From NCBI GenBank assembly GCA_902476355.1, contig CABSCS010000003.1, forward strand, positions 21,882 to 85,881: a stretch of DNA of 64,000 nucleotides, given 5' to 3'. Below the pieces are notes generated by a model. The model was given only the letters and a program-made list of their open reading frames with translations. It was not told the DNA's origin and ran no database searches. Positions 1 through 8,389 of this stretch are shown here, one piece after another (positions within the stretch are counted from its first letter, which is position 1; each line of letters begins with the position of its first letter). The translations under genes were made by a program, and so were the position numbers. The DNA is from an uncultured Eubacteriales bacterium (GTDB taxonomy: Bacteria; Bacillota; Clostridia; Christensenellales; UBA1242).

Positions 1-3000
1 TTTGTGCTTGTGAAAGTTCAGATTCAAGTTCAGCCTTTCTTTCGGCTTTATATTGTTCTTTGTTTGCAAGTTTAGAATATTGAGTTTCCATCTTATCAAG
101 GGCTTGTGCTCTATATTCCATTTCCTTCTTAACAGCCTCGGCATCGTTCACATCAAGTTTGCTCATGTAGTTCTTTGCTGTTGCTTCTCGGTCAACCTTG
201 CCGTTTTTGATAACAACTTTGTTCTTTTCGGTGAAGTCTTTGAGTTCTTCTTGATATGTCTTTTCCATATCTTTAAGTTTCTCGCTAGCCTCTTTGCCTT
301 TGCGTTCCCACTTGTCCATCTTAGCGCGATAGCGGTCTTCTTCTTTATCAGTCATCTTGTGGCTAAACATTGCTCTTGGCATTGCAAGAAGTGCTTTTTT
401 GAGAGGAGCCTCATAGATTCCTGCTTCTTTCATTGCAATCTTGGTTTGTTGTTTTGCAATCTTCTTGTCAAGAACATCATCTTTAAATTCAACTCTTGCG
501 GTTGCTTGTTTTACATATTGGTCGGTTGTAAGCATCTTTCTTGCTTCTGAAAGTTGACGTCTTGAAAGGTCTTTAACCTCGGAAACATCAGTTCCTTTCT
601 TCTTGTTATAAAGGTTCAATGCTTGAACGTCTTTCCACTCAGAGATTGCCTTTTCAACAAGTTTTTGATCGTCACTTGCCTTTCCAGTAAGTTTTGTATT
701 TCCTTGTTTGCTGTTCCAAAGTTTGATTGCCTCTTCTTTTACAACTTTCTTGTTGCTTTCGAAGATTGTTTCTGAAACATCTTTGCCTTTGTTGAATTGT
801 TCATATGCTTTTTGACGTTGAAGAATTCCAAGTTTCATGTCTGCATTGCCTTCGGCTTGTTCACGGATTCTTTCTTCACGTTGTTCAAGAAGTTTATCAA
901 GTTTTTGACGATCTTTATCTATGCCACGTTCTTTTCCGCTTGTTGCAAGTCCATATGACTTGTCAATTCTTCCACCAGCAATATCTGCATAGTTTCTTGA
1001 AGCCTCAGATGAAAGTTTAGCCGCTTCGGCATAAAGTTTTGCTCTTTCTGCTGAAATTGAAGCGCCACCATCTGATGGGTTTTCAACATCTTTTGCAACG
1101 TCTGCTGTTTGAGCGTGTTCAACGTCGCCTTTATCTTTCTCGCCTTGTGCTTCTTCGGTCTGCTCTTCAACCTTTTCTTCAACTGTTTGTCCAACAATTT
1201 CTTCGGTCTTTTCTTGAACTGTTGATTCAGCAGTTGCTTGTGCTTCTTGTGTTGCTTGTGCGGCAACATCCGCTTTAAGTCCGTCAACAAGTCCAGAAAC
1301 TTCATTTCTATATGCTGTGCGTTCTTGAATTGTCTTCTCTAAGCCACGTTCCTCTTCGGTAGTGTCTTCATACATCTTGTTATAATCACGAATTTCCTCA
1401 GCAAGTCGTCTTGCTTCTTCACCATGAACATCTTTAAGTTCACGTTCGTCTCTTGGAACAAACTTACCGGTCTTCTCGTTATAGCCATAATATGAACCTT
1501 CATTCTTGAAGAGATCAGATTTTGCTTCTCTGAGACCTTTGAGTTCATCTTTATAAGATTGAATTTCGTTTTCAACTTCTTGAAGTTCTTGTTGCCACAT
1601 TCCAATTTCTTTTTCACCAGAAGCATTTCTCATTTCTTCCGAAGTTGGAAGTTCATTTCCAGAAGCATCAACAGGTCTTTGAGTTTCACCAGTCTTATCA
1701 GCCTCTGCGTTTTGATCTGCGCCTTGGTCTTTCTCTATTGTGGTATCTTTCTTGTCTTCGCCACCAACAAGTTCACCAGCACGTTTAGCATAGTCAACAG
1801 AGCCTTTATTGTTGATGTTAACATCAATTTCAGGTTTCTTTTCATCACCCTCAGACTCTTCGCCTTCTTGTTTTTCTTCGCTTGCAGGTTCTTCTGCTTT
1901 TTCTTGAGGAGCCTCTGCATTTTCGTCTGCTTCTTGACCCTCTTCTTTGTTAAGTGCATCACCAACTGCGTTTTCAATTTCTTCATGAACGCCATCTTTA
2001 ATGCCATCTTCAAAGTTTCTTGCTTGTTCGTCTGAAACAGTTTCGTTGTTTGCGTTTGCTTCTCCGCTTTGACCTGTAATGTTGGTTTGAATTGTTTCGC
2101 CGTTTTCTGGAGTTTTTGGAGTTTCTTGTTTTTGTTCAGCAGGTGCATTTTGATTTGCAGCATTTGTTGCTTCTTCTGCTTCCTGCATCTTTCTGTCTGC
2201 ATCGCGACGTGCTCTTGCTTCTGCTTCTTCTTTTGCAATTTGTTCAGAAGATTTCTTGTCTTTAGGTTTCATGTGACTCTTGATTTCGTCATAAACCGCA
2301 GAGCCAGGAATAAAGTTCTTCAAATCGCCGTTAAAGAATCCACCAGAGCGTTTGCCATCTTTTCTTTCACCAAGTGCAAAGTCAAGCGCTTTTTCACCAG
2401 AAACAGTCTTTTGAACGTCTTTCGACATATCTTTAACATTTTTCTTAACATCCGAACCAGTTTTAACAACATCTTCGGCTCCGCCACCAATAAATTGAGC
2501 AATTGTTGCTGGAAGAGTTTGAATCATTGTCAAAGCAACAAGTGTAAAGAGAACTTCACAAATGCTGTTGATAAATCCTGGGGTCATGCCCGCAAGAATG
2601 TTTCCTTCTGAAATTGTTGCCATGTCATCGGCAGTAAACAAATGTGAAATGCTTCGAATTGCTGGGCAAAGGATAAAGAATATATTCAGTCCAAGCATAA
2701 CGCCATAGGCACCAAATACCTTTTTGATAAGATTTTCTTTCCATTTTTTGAACTGCGACCCACCATCAAGAGGCATCATCGAAGCAATGCCCGGCAAAAT
2801 GATGAAATATAATGTGATATCAAAGATTCTTTGAATGAGACCCCAAACTGCCTTTCCAAGAATGCTGAGCATTAAACATGCTGCGAACACCAAAATCAAG
2901 AAGTTGATTTTAAGTGGAATATAATAAATTTTAAGTTCAAGTGAAGGTGCATTTCTGTTGAAGAAGTTATAGTCCAAACGAAGCGCTGCCCCACGAATTT

Positions 3001-6000
3001 GGAATGCACTTGTTCTTTGCTGTGTTGCGCTGAAACCTTCCCATAAACAAATATTAAATCTTGTCGTGTCGTTTGAACCTGTAAGAAATTTGATATTGAT
3101 TTGGAAGTCAACATAAAATTTATTTGCATCTACATATTCACGCTTAAATTGGATTGTTGCAGTTGCTGAAAGGTGTTTGTCAACAACAGCAGATACACTG
3201 CCACCATCATAATCAGGAAGTTGAGATAAGTCATATCTTCTGTAAACCGAGCGATATGAATCTGTAATGCCATTTTCTTTATCAACAGAATTTGCCTGTC
3301 CATAGGTATAGAAAATTGCAAAAAGTGATTTTTCAGAATCGTCATTATTGACTGTAATTTGCCAAATATATTTTCCGTCATTTTCAGACTCAAATTTGCA
3401 GAAAATCGAATCTTCACTTACATATGAAGTCTTGCTTGCAAGAACATTCATTGTTGTAAATGTTTGTTGGTTTACAGGGTTATATTGCATCTTGGTGCCA
3501 TTATATTTGAAGGCAAACATATTATAATAGGATAAAGAAACCTTATAAACATTTGTTGTGGTTGGCGTGTAAATTTCAACGCCATTTACAACATTATAAA
3601 CAAAACTAAATTGATAGTTGATTCCTTCAACATAGATTGTATAAGTGTGGATTTGTTGTCCATCAACTTCTTTGGTTTCAACCAAATTCATGTCATATGG
3701 ACGAGCGGTGTAAATGCTTCCAGTTCCCGCACCAGCACCAGAAGTTCTCAAAGTGTTTCCATCAATTTTGAATGAATAGTTTTGGTTTGTAAGACAACTT
3801 ACAGAATAATCTTCGGTGTTAAAGCGAACACGATAAACATTGCCCGAAGACTCGTAATAATAAAGCACATCAGAACCAACAGTTTGTCTTGTTCCGCGGA
3901 TTTCTTGGCTTTCGTTGAATTTGAAAATTGCATGTTCATAATCTCTGTGAAGTTCAAGAACTTTTGCCGTTGAATATGAATATGAAGATCTTGAATAGGT
4001 ATAGTCTGTCAAAACATTTGCGTCTATTGAGTTAAGGCTTGTAACATTATCATTATAGGTGAATGATGACGAGTTCATTGAAAGAGTGTTTTCGGTTGAA
4101 ACAAGATTTACAATTGTTCCAACAACTTGCTCCCCACTTGACACAAGCGAACCAATGCCATAGGTTGCCATAAGTTTGTTGTCTGCATATGTAAATGAAG
4201 ACCTCATTCCTGTTGTATTGTTCGTTTTAACCTCAAAGAAGTTTCCACTTGCTCTGTAATATTCAGCAACAACATAATAGATATTAACAGTGTTTTTCGA
4301 TGTGTATGTTACAAATGCGAAAAGTGGCAAATCGTAAAGTTTTGTTGTTTCATCGGCAGAACCATCACGGAAATCTGCATTTTCAACAGTCTTTTTTAAT
4401 GTTACGTTAGATCTGAACACAACTGCTCTTTCTGAACCAATTTCTTGTTCATATGAAGGATAGCCCTCCCATGTCACTCCTGAAATATAGCGAGTTGCAT
4501 TGTTCTCGTCGGAATATGAGAATGAATTTGGAAGTGATGCAGCAATTGCAGAATAGTTGCTTGAAAGATCTGCATAGTTTTCAATGCTGACAACTGATTG
4601 TTTTTTGGTTTTTACAAGACCACCTTCAAACATTGTATAACTTGAATCATAACCCCTGTCTGAAAGCATTGATGATGGGTTCACTGGGGTTGCAGTAACC
4701 TTTTTTGCAGTTGCATCAAAGAACTTTGAAGTTGTTGTTGAAGTTGAACCTTCTTCAATATCCTTGTTCCAGTCAATGTCAATTTCGGTTGGATAGCCAT
4801 ATTGATTGTCGAAAGTTGATTCCAAAATTCCACGAGCAACAATCAAACCATTATAATTTGAATCAAGATTTTCACTTGCAAATGTATGGTCATGACCATA
4901 GTCGTCGGTGAAAGTTTTTCCGTTTATAAGTGGAATAAATTTGTTAGTTGCTGCGCTGTAATATGCAACAATATAGATAACGCCGTCAGATTCAGCAGTT
5001 TTTGATGAGGTGTTGTCAACATCATAAACAACAAAACCTGAATTTTTATAGTTCACAACAAAAGAGTTGATATATGAAATTGTTCCAGAGCCTGAACCAA
5101 GGTTTGAAGAAATATATCTGCTGTCAACATATCCCCCTTCGGTTGCATTTCCATAGGTCCAGTCAATATTTTTACTGCTTGCATTTACATATGCAATTTC
5201 AGCAACATCGCTGATTGCAAAGTCGATAACATCTGCCATAACAAGAAATTCATCTTGAAGAGCAACAAGACCATTTTTTCCACCATCATGCATTGCACCC
5301 CAAACTTGATTATTTGTGTATTTTTTAGCAGATGCATAATTATGACGGCTGTCTGCCGTGAAGCCAACAACTGTTGCATCAAGAGTGTTTTCAAATGATG
5401 CTTTGTGACGATAGTAAATGCTGTTAAATTTCCAAGTGTTATATGCAGCGGTGTTAAGTGCAGAATCTTTTTTATAGGTGCTGAGCGCTGCTTTAATGAT
5501 ATTGTTGCTTGGGCTTACTTTTTCAGTCTGGAAAGTTGTGTAATCTGCAAGGGTAGCGCCCATTATCTTTGTGAAATATTCCTCATAGAAGCGGTAACCT
5601 TGAACGCCATTGATTTCTTCGGTAAGTTCGTCCATTGAAACGTAATAAAGATACCAATCGCCTTTATACGAGAAAGCATAACCAGTGAACTTGTTGCTTT
5701 CGTTATAATCTTTTGGAACTATTGGTTCAACTGATGTTGAAATTTTCTTTTCGCTTGTTCCAATTGTAACTGTAACAGAGTTTGTAACGGCATAACGAAT
5801 GTTTTTTTCAGCATATTTTCGATAGCGGTTTGCGTCATATGCCGAAGATGCGAACACCTGACCACCAAGCGTTAGGCGATTGTTCACGTTCAGCGCATTG
5901 ACAAGACCTGCCAAAACTGCGTTTGATGCCAAAATTCCCATTACAAGCATTACTGGAACCAAAATTACAAGGAAAATTGCTTTGAAGCATTTTTTCAAAA

Positions 6001-6472
6001 CACCCATTGGGTTGTTGTTTGCTTTGTCATCAACCTCAGCAGCAACAGCATATTGGTTTTTGATGATTGCAATGATTGCGAAAATGATAAGAAGAACAAC
6101 GAACAAGCCAAGCATATATTTGAAAACACGTTGAACAGTTTTGTCATAAAGGAATTTGAAAATGATGTCAGATTCGCCAAGCGTTTCAAGTTTAACATTT
6201 CCCTTTTCCCAATAGTCAATTCCAACAAGGTGTTTGCAGAAATATTGCAAGAAGTCAACAATGTTCAAAATCCAACGCACAATTGTGTAGATAAGTGTGA
6301 AAATTGCATTTCCGATTGCAACAAGCAAATTCCACCAGAACTCACCATTCACCAATTGAAAAACTGAACGGTTCTTGACATCTGGCATTCCAGAAGCAGC
6401 AGAATCTGAAAGCAGACTGCCCGGCTTTACTCCCGCTGAAATAAGACTGATAGCATTTGCAAATTTGAACAT
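1..6472 (-). CDS. giant polytopic membrane protein, >2157 aa, C-terminus runs off the left window edge (VirB6/TrbL/TcpH-like topology; candidate T4SS channel/scaffold)
   Basis: The minus-strand frame with codon first bases at coordinates = 1 mod 3 is open from ATG 6472..6470 to base 1. AAAGGTGAGG lies 8 nt upstream of the ATG and an in-frame TAA lies about 36 nt upstream. The ORF is absent from the track only because no stop lies in the window. My translation starts MFKFANAISLISAGVKPGS. It has 3 TM helices (~6350-5890), a ~1000-aa Y/N/T/S-rich ectodomain (~5890-2925), a second TM cluster (~2925-2480), then a >800-aa E/K/Q/A-rich coiled-coil-like tail (2480-1). Confidence 0.85.
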   Translation of the reverse strand, partial: MFKFANAISLISAGVKPGSLLSDSAASGMPDVKNRSVFQLVNGEFWWNLLVAIGNAIFTLIYTIVRWILNIVDFLQYFCKHLVGIDYWEKGNVKLETLGESDIIFKFLYDKTVQRVFKYMLGLFVVLLIIFAIIAIIKNQYAVAAEVDDKANNNPMGVLKKCFKAIFLVILVPVMLVMGILASNAVLAGLVNALNVNNRLTLGGQVFASSAYDANRYRKYAEKNIRYAVTNSVTVTIGTSEKKISTSVEPIVPKDYNESNKFTGYAFSYKGDWYLYYVSMDELTEEINGVQGYRFYEEYFTKIMGATLADYTTFQTEKVSPSNNIIKAALSTYKKDSALNTAAYNTWKFNSIYYRHKASFENTLDATVVGFTADSRHNYASAKKYTNNQVWGAMHDGGKNGLVALQDEFLVMADVIDFAISDVAEIAYVNASSKNIDWTYGNATEGGYVDSRYISSNLGSGSGTISYINSFVVNYKNSGFVVYDVDNTSSKTAESDGVIYIVAYYSAATNKFIPLINGKTFTDDYGHDHTFASENLDSNYNGLIVARGILESTFDNQYGYPTEIDIDWNKDIEEGSTSTTTSKFFDATAKKVTATPVNPSSMLSDRGYDSSYTMFEGGLVKTKKQSVVSIENYADLSSNYSAIAASLPNSFSYSDENNATRYISGVTWEGYPSYEQEIGSERAVVFRSNVTLKKTVENADFRDGSADETTKLYDLPLFAFVTYTSKNTVNIYYVVAEYYRASGNFFEVKTNNTTGMRSSFTYADNKLMATYGIGSLVSSGEQVVGTIVNLVSTENTLSMNSSSFTYNDNVTSLNSIDANVLTDYTYSRSSYSYSTAKVLELHRDYEHAIFKFNESQEIRGTRQTVGSDVLYYYESSGNVYRVRFNTEDYSVSCLTNQNYSFKIDGNTLRTSGAGAGTGSIYTARPYDMNLVETKEVDGQQIHTYTIYVEGINYQFSFVYNVVNGVEIYTPTTTNVYKVSLSYYNMFAFKYNGTKMQYNPVNQQTFTTMNVLASKTSYVSEDSIFCKFESENDGKYIWQITVNNDDSEKSLFAIFYTYGQANSVDKENGITDSYRSVYRRYDLSQLPDYDGGSVSAVVDKHLSATATIQFKREYVDANKFYVDFQINIKFLTGSNDTTRFNICLWEGFSATQQRTSAFQIRGAALRLDYNFFNRNAPSLELKIYYIPLKINFLILVFAACLMLSILGKAVWGLIQRIFDITLYFIILPGIASMMPLDGGSQFKKWKENLIKKVFGAYGVMLGLNIFFILCPAIRSISHLFTADDMATISEGNILAGMTPGFINSICEVLFTLVALTMIQTLPATIAQFIGGGAEDVVKTGSDVKKNVKDMSKDVQKTVSGEKALDFALGERKDGKRSGGFFNGDLKNFIPGSAVYDEIKSHMKPKDKKSSEQIAKEEAEARARRDADRKMQEAEEATNAANQNAPAEQKQETPKTPENGETIQTNITGQSGEANANNETVSDEQARNFEDGIKDGVHEEIENAVGDALNKEEGQEADENAEAPQEKAEEPASEEKQEGEESEGDEKKPEIDVNINNKGSVDYAKRAGELVGGEDKKDTTIEKDQGADQNAEADKTGETQRPVDASGNELPTSEEMRNASGEKEIGMWQQELQEVENEIQSYKDELKGLREAKSDLFKNEGSYYGYNEKTGKFVPRDERELKDVHGEEARRLAEEIRDYNKMYEDTTEEERGLEKTIQERTAYRNEVSGLVDGLKADVAAQATQEAQATAESTVQEKTEEIVGQTVEEKVEEQTEEAQGEKDKGDVEHAQTADVAKDVENPSDGGASISAERAKLYAEAAKLSSEASRNYADIAGGRIDKSYGLATSGKERGIDKDRQKLDKLLEQREERIREQAEGNADMKLGILQRQKAYEQFNKGKDVSETIFESNKKVVKEEAIKLWNSKQGNTKLTGKASDDQKLVEKAISEWKDVQALNLYNKKKGTDVSEVKDLSRRQLSEARKMLTTDQYVKQATARVEFKDDVLDKKIAKQQTKIAMKEAGIYEAPLKKALLAMPRAMFSHKMTDKEEDRYRAKMDKWERKGKEASEKLKDMEKTYQEELKDFTEKNKVVIKNGKVDREATAKNYMSKLDVNDAEAVKKEMEYRAQALDKMETQYSKLANKEQYKAERKAELESELSQAQ

Positions 6473-6592
6473 TGTTTCTTCCTCACCTTTCGTTTTTTAT
6501 GAGTTTATCCTAGTTTGATTTTTGAAGCAAAAATTTATTTGTATTGCGACAAAAACGCGCACAATTCGAGCAATATATATATTTATACTTAT

Positions 6593-6620
6593 AATATACC
6601 ACATACATTTTTATTATCAA
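6593..6620 (-). promoter_or_regulatory. candidate sigmaA-type promoter for the giant gene
   Basis: Minus strand reads TTGATA, 16 nt, TATATT with TGG just upstream of the -10 (TGgTATATT). The context is AT-rich, so chance matches are likely. Confidence 0.3.
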
Positions 6621-7365
6621 AACGATTTTCGAATTTTTTTGATTTTTTTTAAAATGTAAAAAGTGTTTTCAAAAAATCATAGCATTTTATCATAGATAAA
6701 ATGAAATTTTAGCCACTTTACATTTTAACACTAAAAAATATTTGTCATGAAAATAAAAAAATGGTCAAAAAAATTGCCATTTCCCATTTTTTCTACTTAA
6801 AAAAATAAAACAATATAAATCTGATTTTCAAAAAATATTTTTATTTTACAATAAAATGTAAACAATCAAGCAAATTAAAGCAAGAAAATACATTTAAAAC
6901 AATTTTTCAGAAAAATAAAAACAAAAAAAATGAACAACTTTCCAAAATCAAAACACAACCATAATATAAGAAGAGATTTCGAATCTTCCCCTATCACCGA
7001 AAGGCGTTTATACCCCTACACATTTAAAAAAAGGTATATTAAAAAACGGAAATGATGTTCATTTTTTTTACAATTAAGATGATATATAAATCAAATTAAA
7101 ACACAGCATCAACTTTCACTTTGCATGTTTGAAAACGAGCAGTAGCAAGTCGATTTATACCTTGTCATTTTGAGCGGTTTCGTTTCAACGCAGAAGCAAC
7201 AAAATATAGTCGAAAAATCTTAACGATTTTATGATATAAAGCCCAAAACATTGAGCCATTTATCATGCAAAAAACATTTCTGATAAATATCTTATTTTTT
7301 CCCCTAGCCTACTATAAGCAAAAAGCAATTTTAACGAAATTTAACAAAACCCAAAAATTTCTGCA

Positions 7366-7391
7366 TAAAAAAAAGAGAGCCGAAGTTCTCT
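7366..7391 (-). terminator. rho-independent terminator after the proximal pilin-like gene
   Basis: Minus strand reads GAGAAC-TTCG-GCTCTC followed by TTTTTTTT. Confidence 0.6.
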
Positions 7392-7406
7392 TTTTTCCGT
7401 TAGTGA

Positions 7407-7745
7407 TTAACTAAGACTATCTTTAACATCTGGGAACAATTTCTTGATTGCACCTGAACTCAAAATAGCATATACAACCGAAGCGATAACAGCAGCAACA
7501 AGAACACCAATGATCATGTTGATAAGTTGTCCTTTTGCTTTATCTCTGTCTTCTGTTGTTTCAGCCTTTGCAAATTTGATTCCAAGAATGATACCATAGA
7601 TGATACCAAACATAAGAACAACTGCGATGATTACAGGCATAACAATGTTAACAACACTTTTGAAAGTGCCATAAGCAGTGTTAACAACTTCTGAAATTCC
7701 ACCTGTACTACCAGATTCTGCTGCCAAAAGATTGATATAGTTCAT
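7407..7745 (-). CDS. small two-TM membrane protein, pilin-like (VirB2/TrbC-type hairpin topology), paralog 1
   Basis: ATG at 7745 is preceded by AAAGGAGGAGAG. The upstream part of track ORF 7407..7823 looks spurious. The 112-aa product has two hydrophobic helices joined by KFAKAETTEDRDKAKGQLIN. It is clearly paralogous to 7910..8221. Confidence 0.8.
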   Translation of the reverse strand: MNYINLLAAESGSTGGISEVVNTAYGTFKSVVNIVMPVIIAVVLMFGIIYGIILGIKFAKAETTEDRDKAKGQLINMIIGVLVAAVIASVVYAILSSGAIKKLFPDVKDSLS

Positions 7746-7909
7746 GATCTCTCCTCCTTTATTTTCGGGAGCCACCCCACAGGAGGCTCTTTTTATGTTC
7801 ATAGTGTAACACACTAAAAACAATCAATGCAAACGATTTTTGAACATTTTTCGCATTTCTTATAAAATTTTTCACAAAATAGCAATTTTAATTCAATATA
7901 ACACAAATA

Positions 7910-8221
7910 TTACGAGTTCATCCATTCTGAAAGTGGACCACGAATTGCATATAAAATGATAATCAAAATCAAAACTGTGATAAAGCCAATCAAACCATTG
8001 ATAAGTGCTTTTTGAAGTTTTGCTTTGTCCTCATTGCTTTCTGCTTTTGCAAACTTTACACCAAAAATTATTCCATACAAAATTGTGCAAATGAGCACAA
8101 CACTAATTGCATATGGGCCAATTGTTGAAAGCGCTTGATAAATTGGGTCAAGAGAACTTTCTGCATCTGACTTTCCAAGAAGTCTGAAAACGTTTGAAAA
8201 ACCATAAATCAAATTTGCCAT
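7910..8221 (-). CDS. small two-TM membrane protein, pilin-like, paralog 2
   Basis: 103 aa, with a GGAG RBS. Shares LYGII(F/L)G(V/I)KFAKAE..ED..AK..LIN..IG and the TM-loop-TM layout with 7407..7745. Confidence 0.8.
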   Translation of the reverse strand: MANLIYGFSNVFRLLGKSDAESSLDPIYQALSTIGPYAISVVLICTILYGIIFGVKFAKAESNEDKAKLQKALINGLIGFITVLILIIILYAIRGPLSEWMNS

Positions 8222-8248
8222 TTCTTTTCTCCAAGTTTTTATAGCAAC

Positions 8249-8278
8249 AATATAACACTATTTTTTCATGTTTGGCAA
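8249..8278 (-). promoter_or_regulatory. candidate promoter of pilin-like gene 2
   Basis: Minus strand reads TTGCCA, 18 nt, then the extended -10 TGtTATATT. The GGAG RBS and ATG 8221 follow. Confidence 0.45.
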
Positions 8279-8299
8279 GCATAAATTGCATTTTTATGC
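8279..8299. promoter_or_regulatory. palindromic candidate operator in the divergent promoter region
   Basis: GCATAAA-ttgcatt-TTTATGC (7-bp arms) abuts the -35 of the minus-strand promoter. A third GCATAA half-site lies near 8320. Confidence 0.35.
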
Positions 8300-8389
8300 G
8301 TAAAAAAATAAAAAAACAAGCATAATTTGTTTGCAGGATATAATTTGAATGTGTATAATATTTTTAGTTATCAAAATATAGAGGTTACT

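Larger units (their letters stand above)
6473..7406 (-). other. 0.93-kb AT-rich non-coding leader/regulatory region between the pilin-like genes and the giant ORF
   Basis: No ORF of 60 aa or more on either strand. Dense A6-A9/T6-T9 runs. Contains a copy of the TTTGAAAACG..AGTAGCA repeat end (7128..7150) and one degenerate TTATCATG box (7259..7266). Confidence 0.6.

Noticed and set aside
53-6367. Many 60-180-aa ORFs listed in the track on the plus strand and in one minus frame (for example 53..550, 1559..2035, 2069..2611, 919..1305, 1735..2238).
   Set aside because: Their translations are low-complexity (F/L/C-rich or K/Q-rich). All of them overlap the single continuous minus-strand frame 1..6472, which reads as a real protein. 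They are shadow ORFs of a purine-rich (GAA/AAA) coding strand.
1-6500. Alternative genetic code or stop-codon reassignment as an explanation for the apparent lack of long ORFs at the left end.
   Set aside because: The giant frame is open under the standard code. It is missing from the track only because its stop is outside the window. Housekeeping genes elsewhere (dnaE, valS, PFOR, rel) are full-length and end with ordinary stop codons (TAA and TGA both seen), so no recoding is needed.
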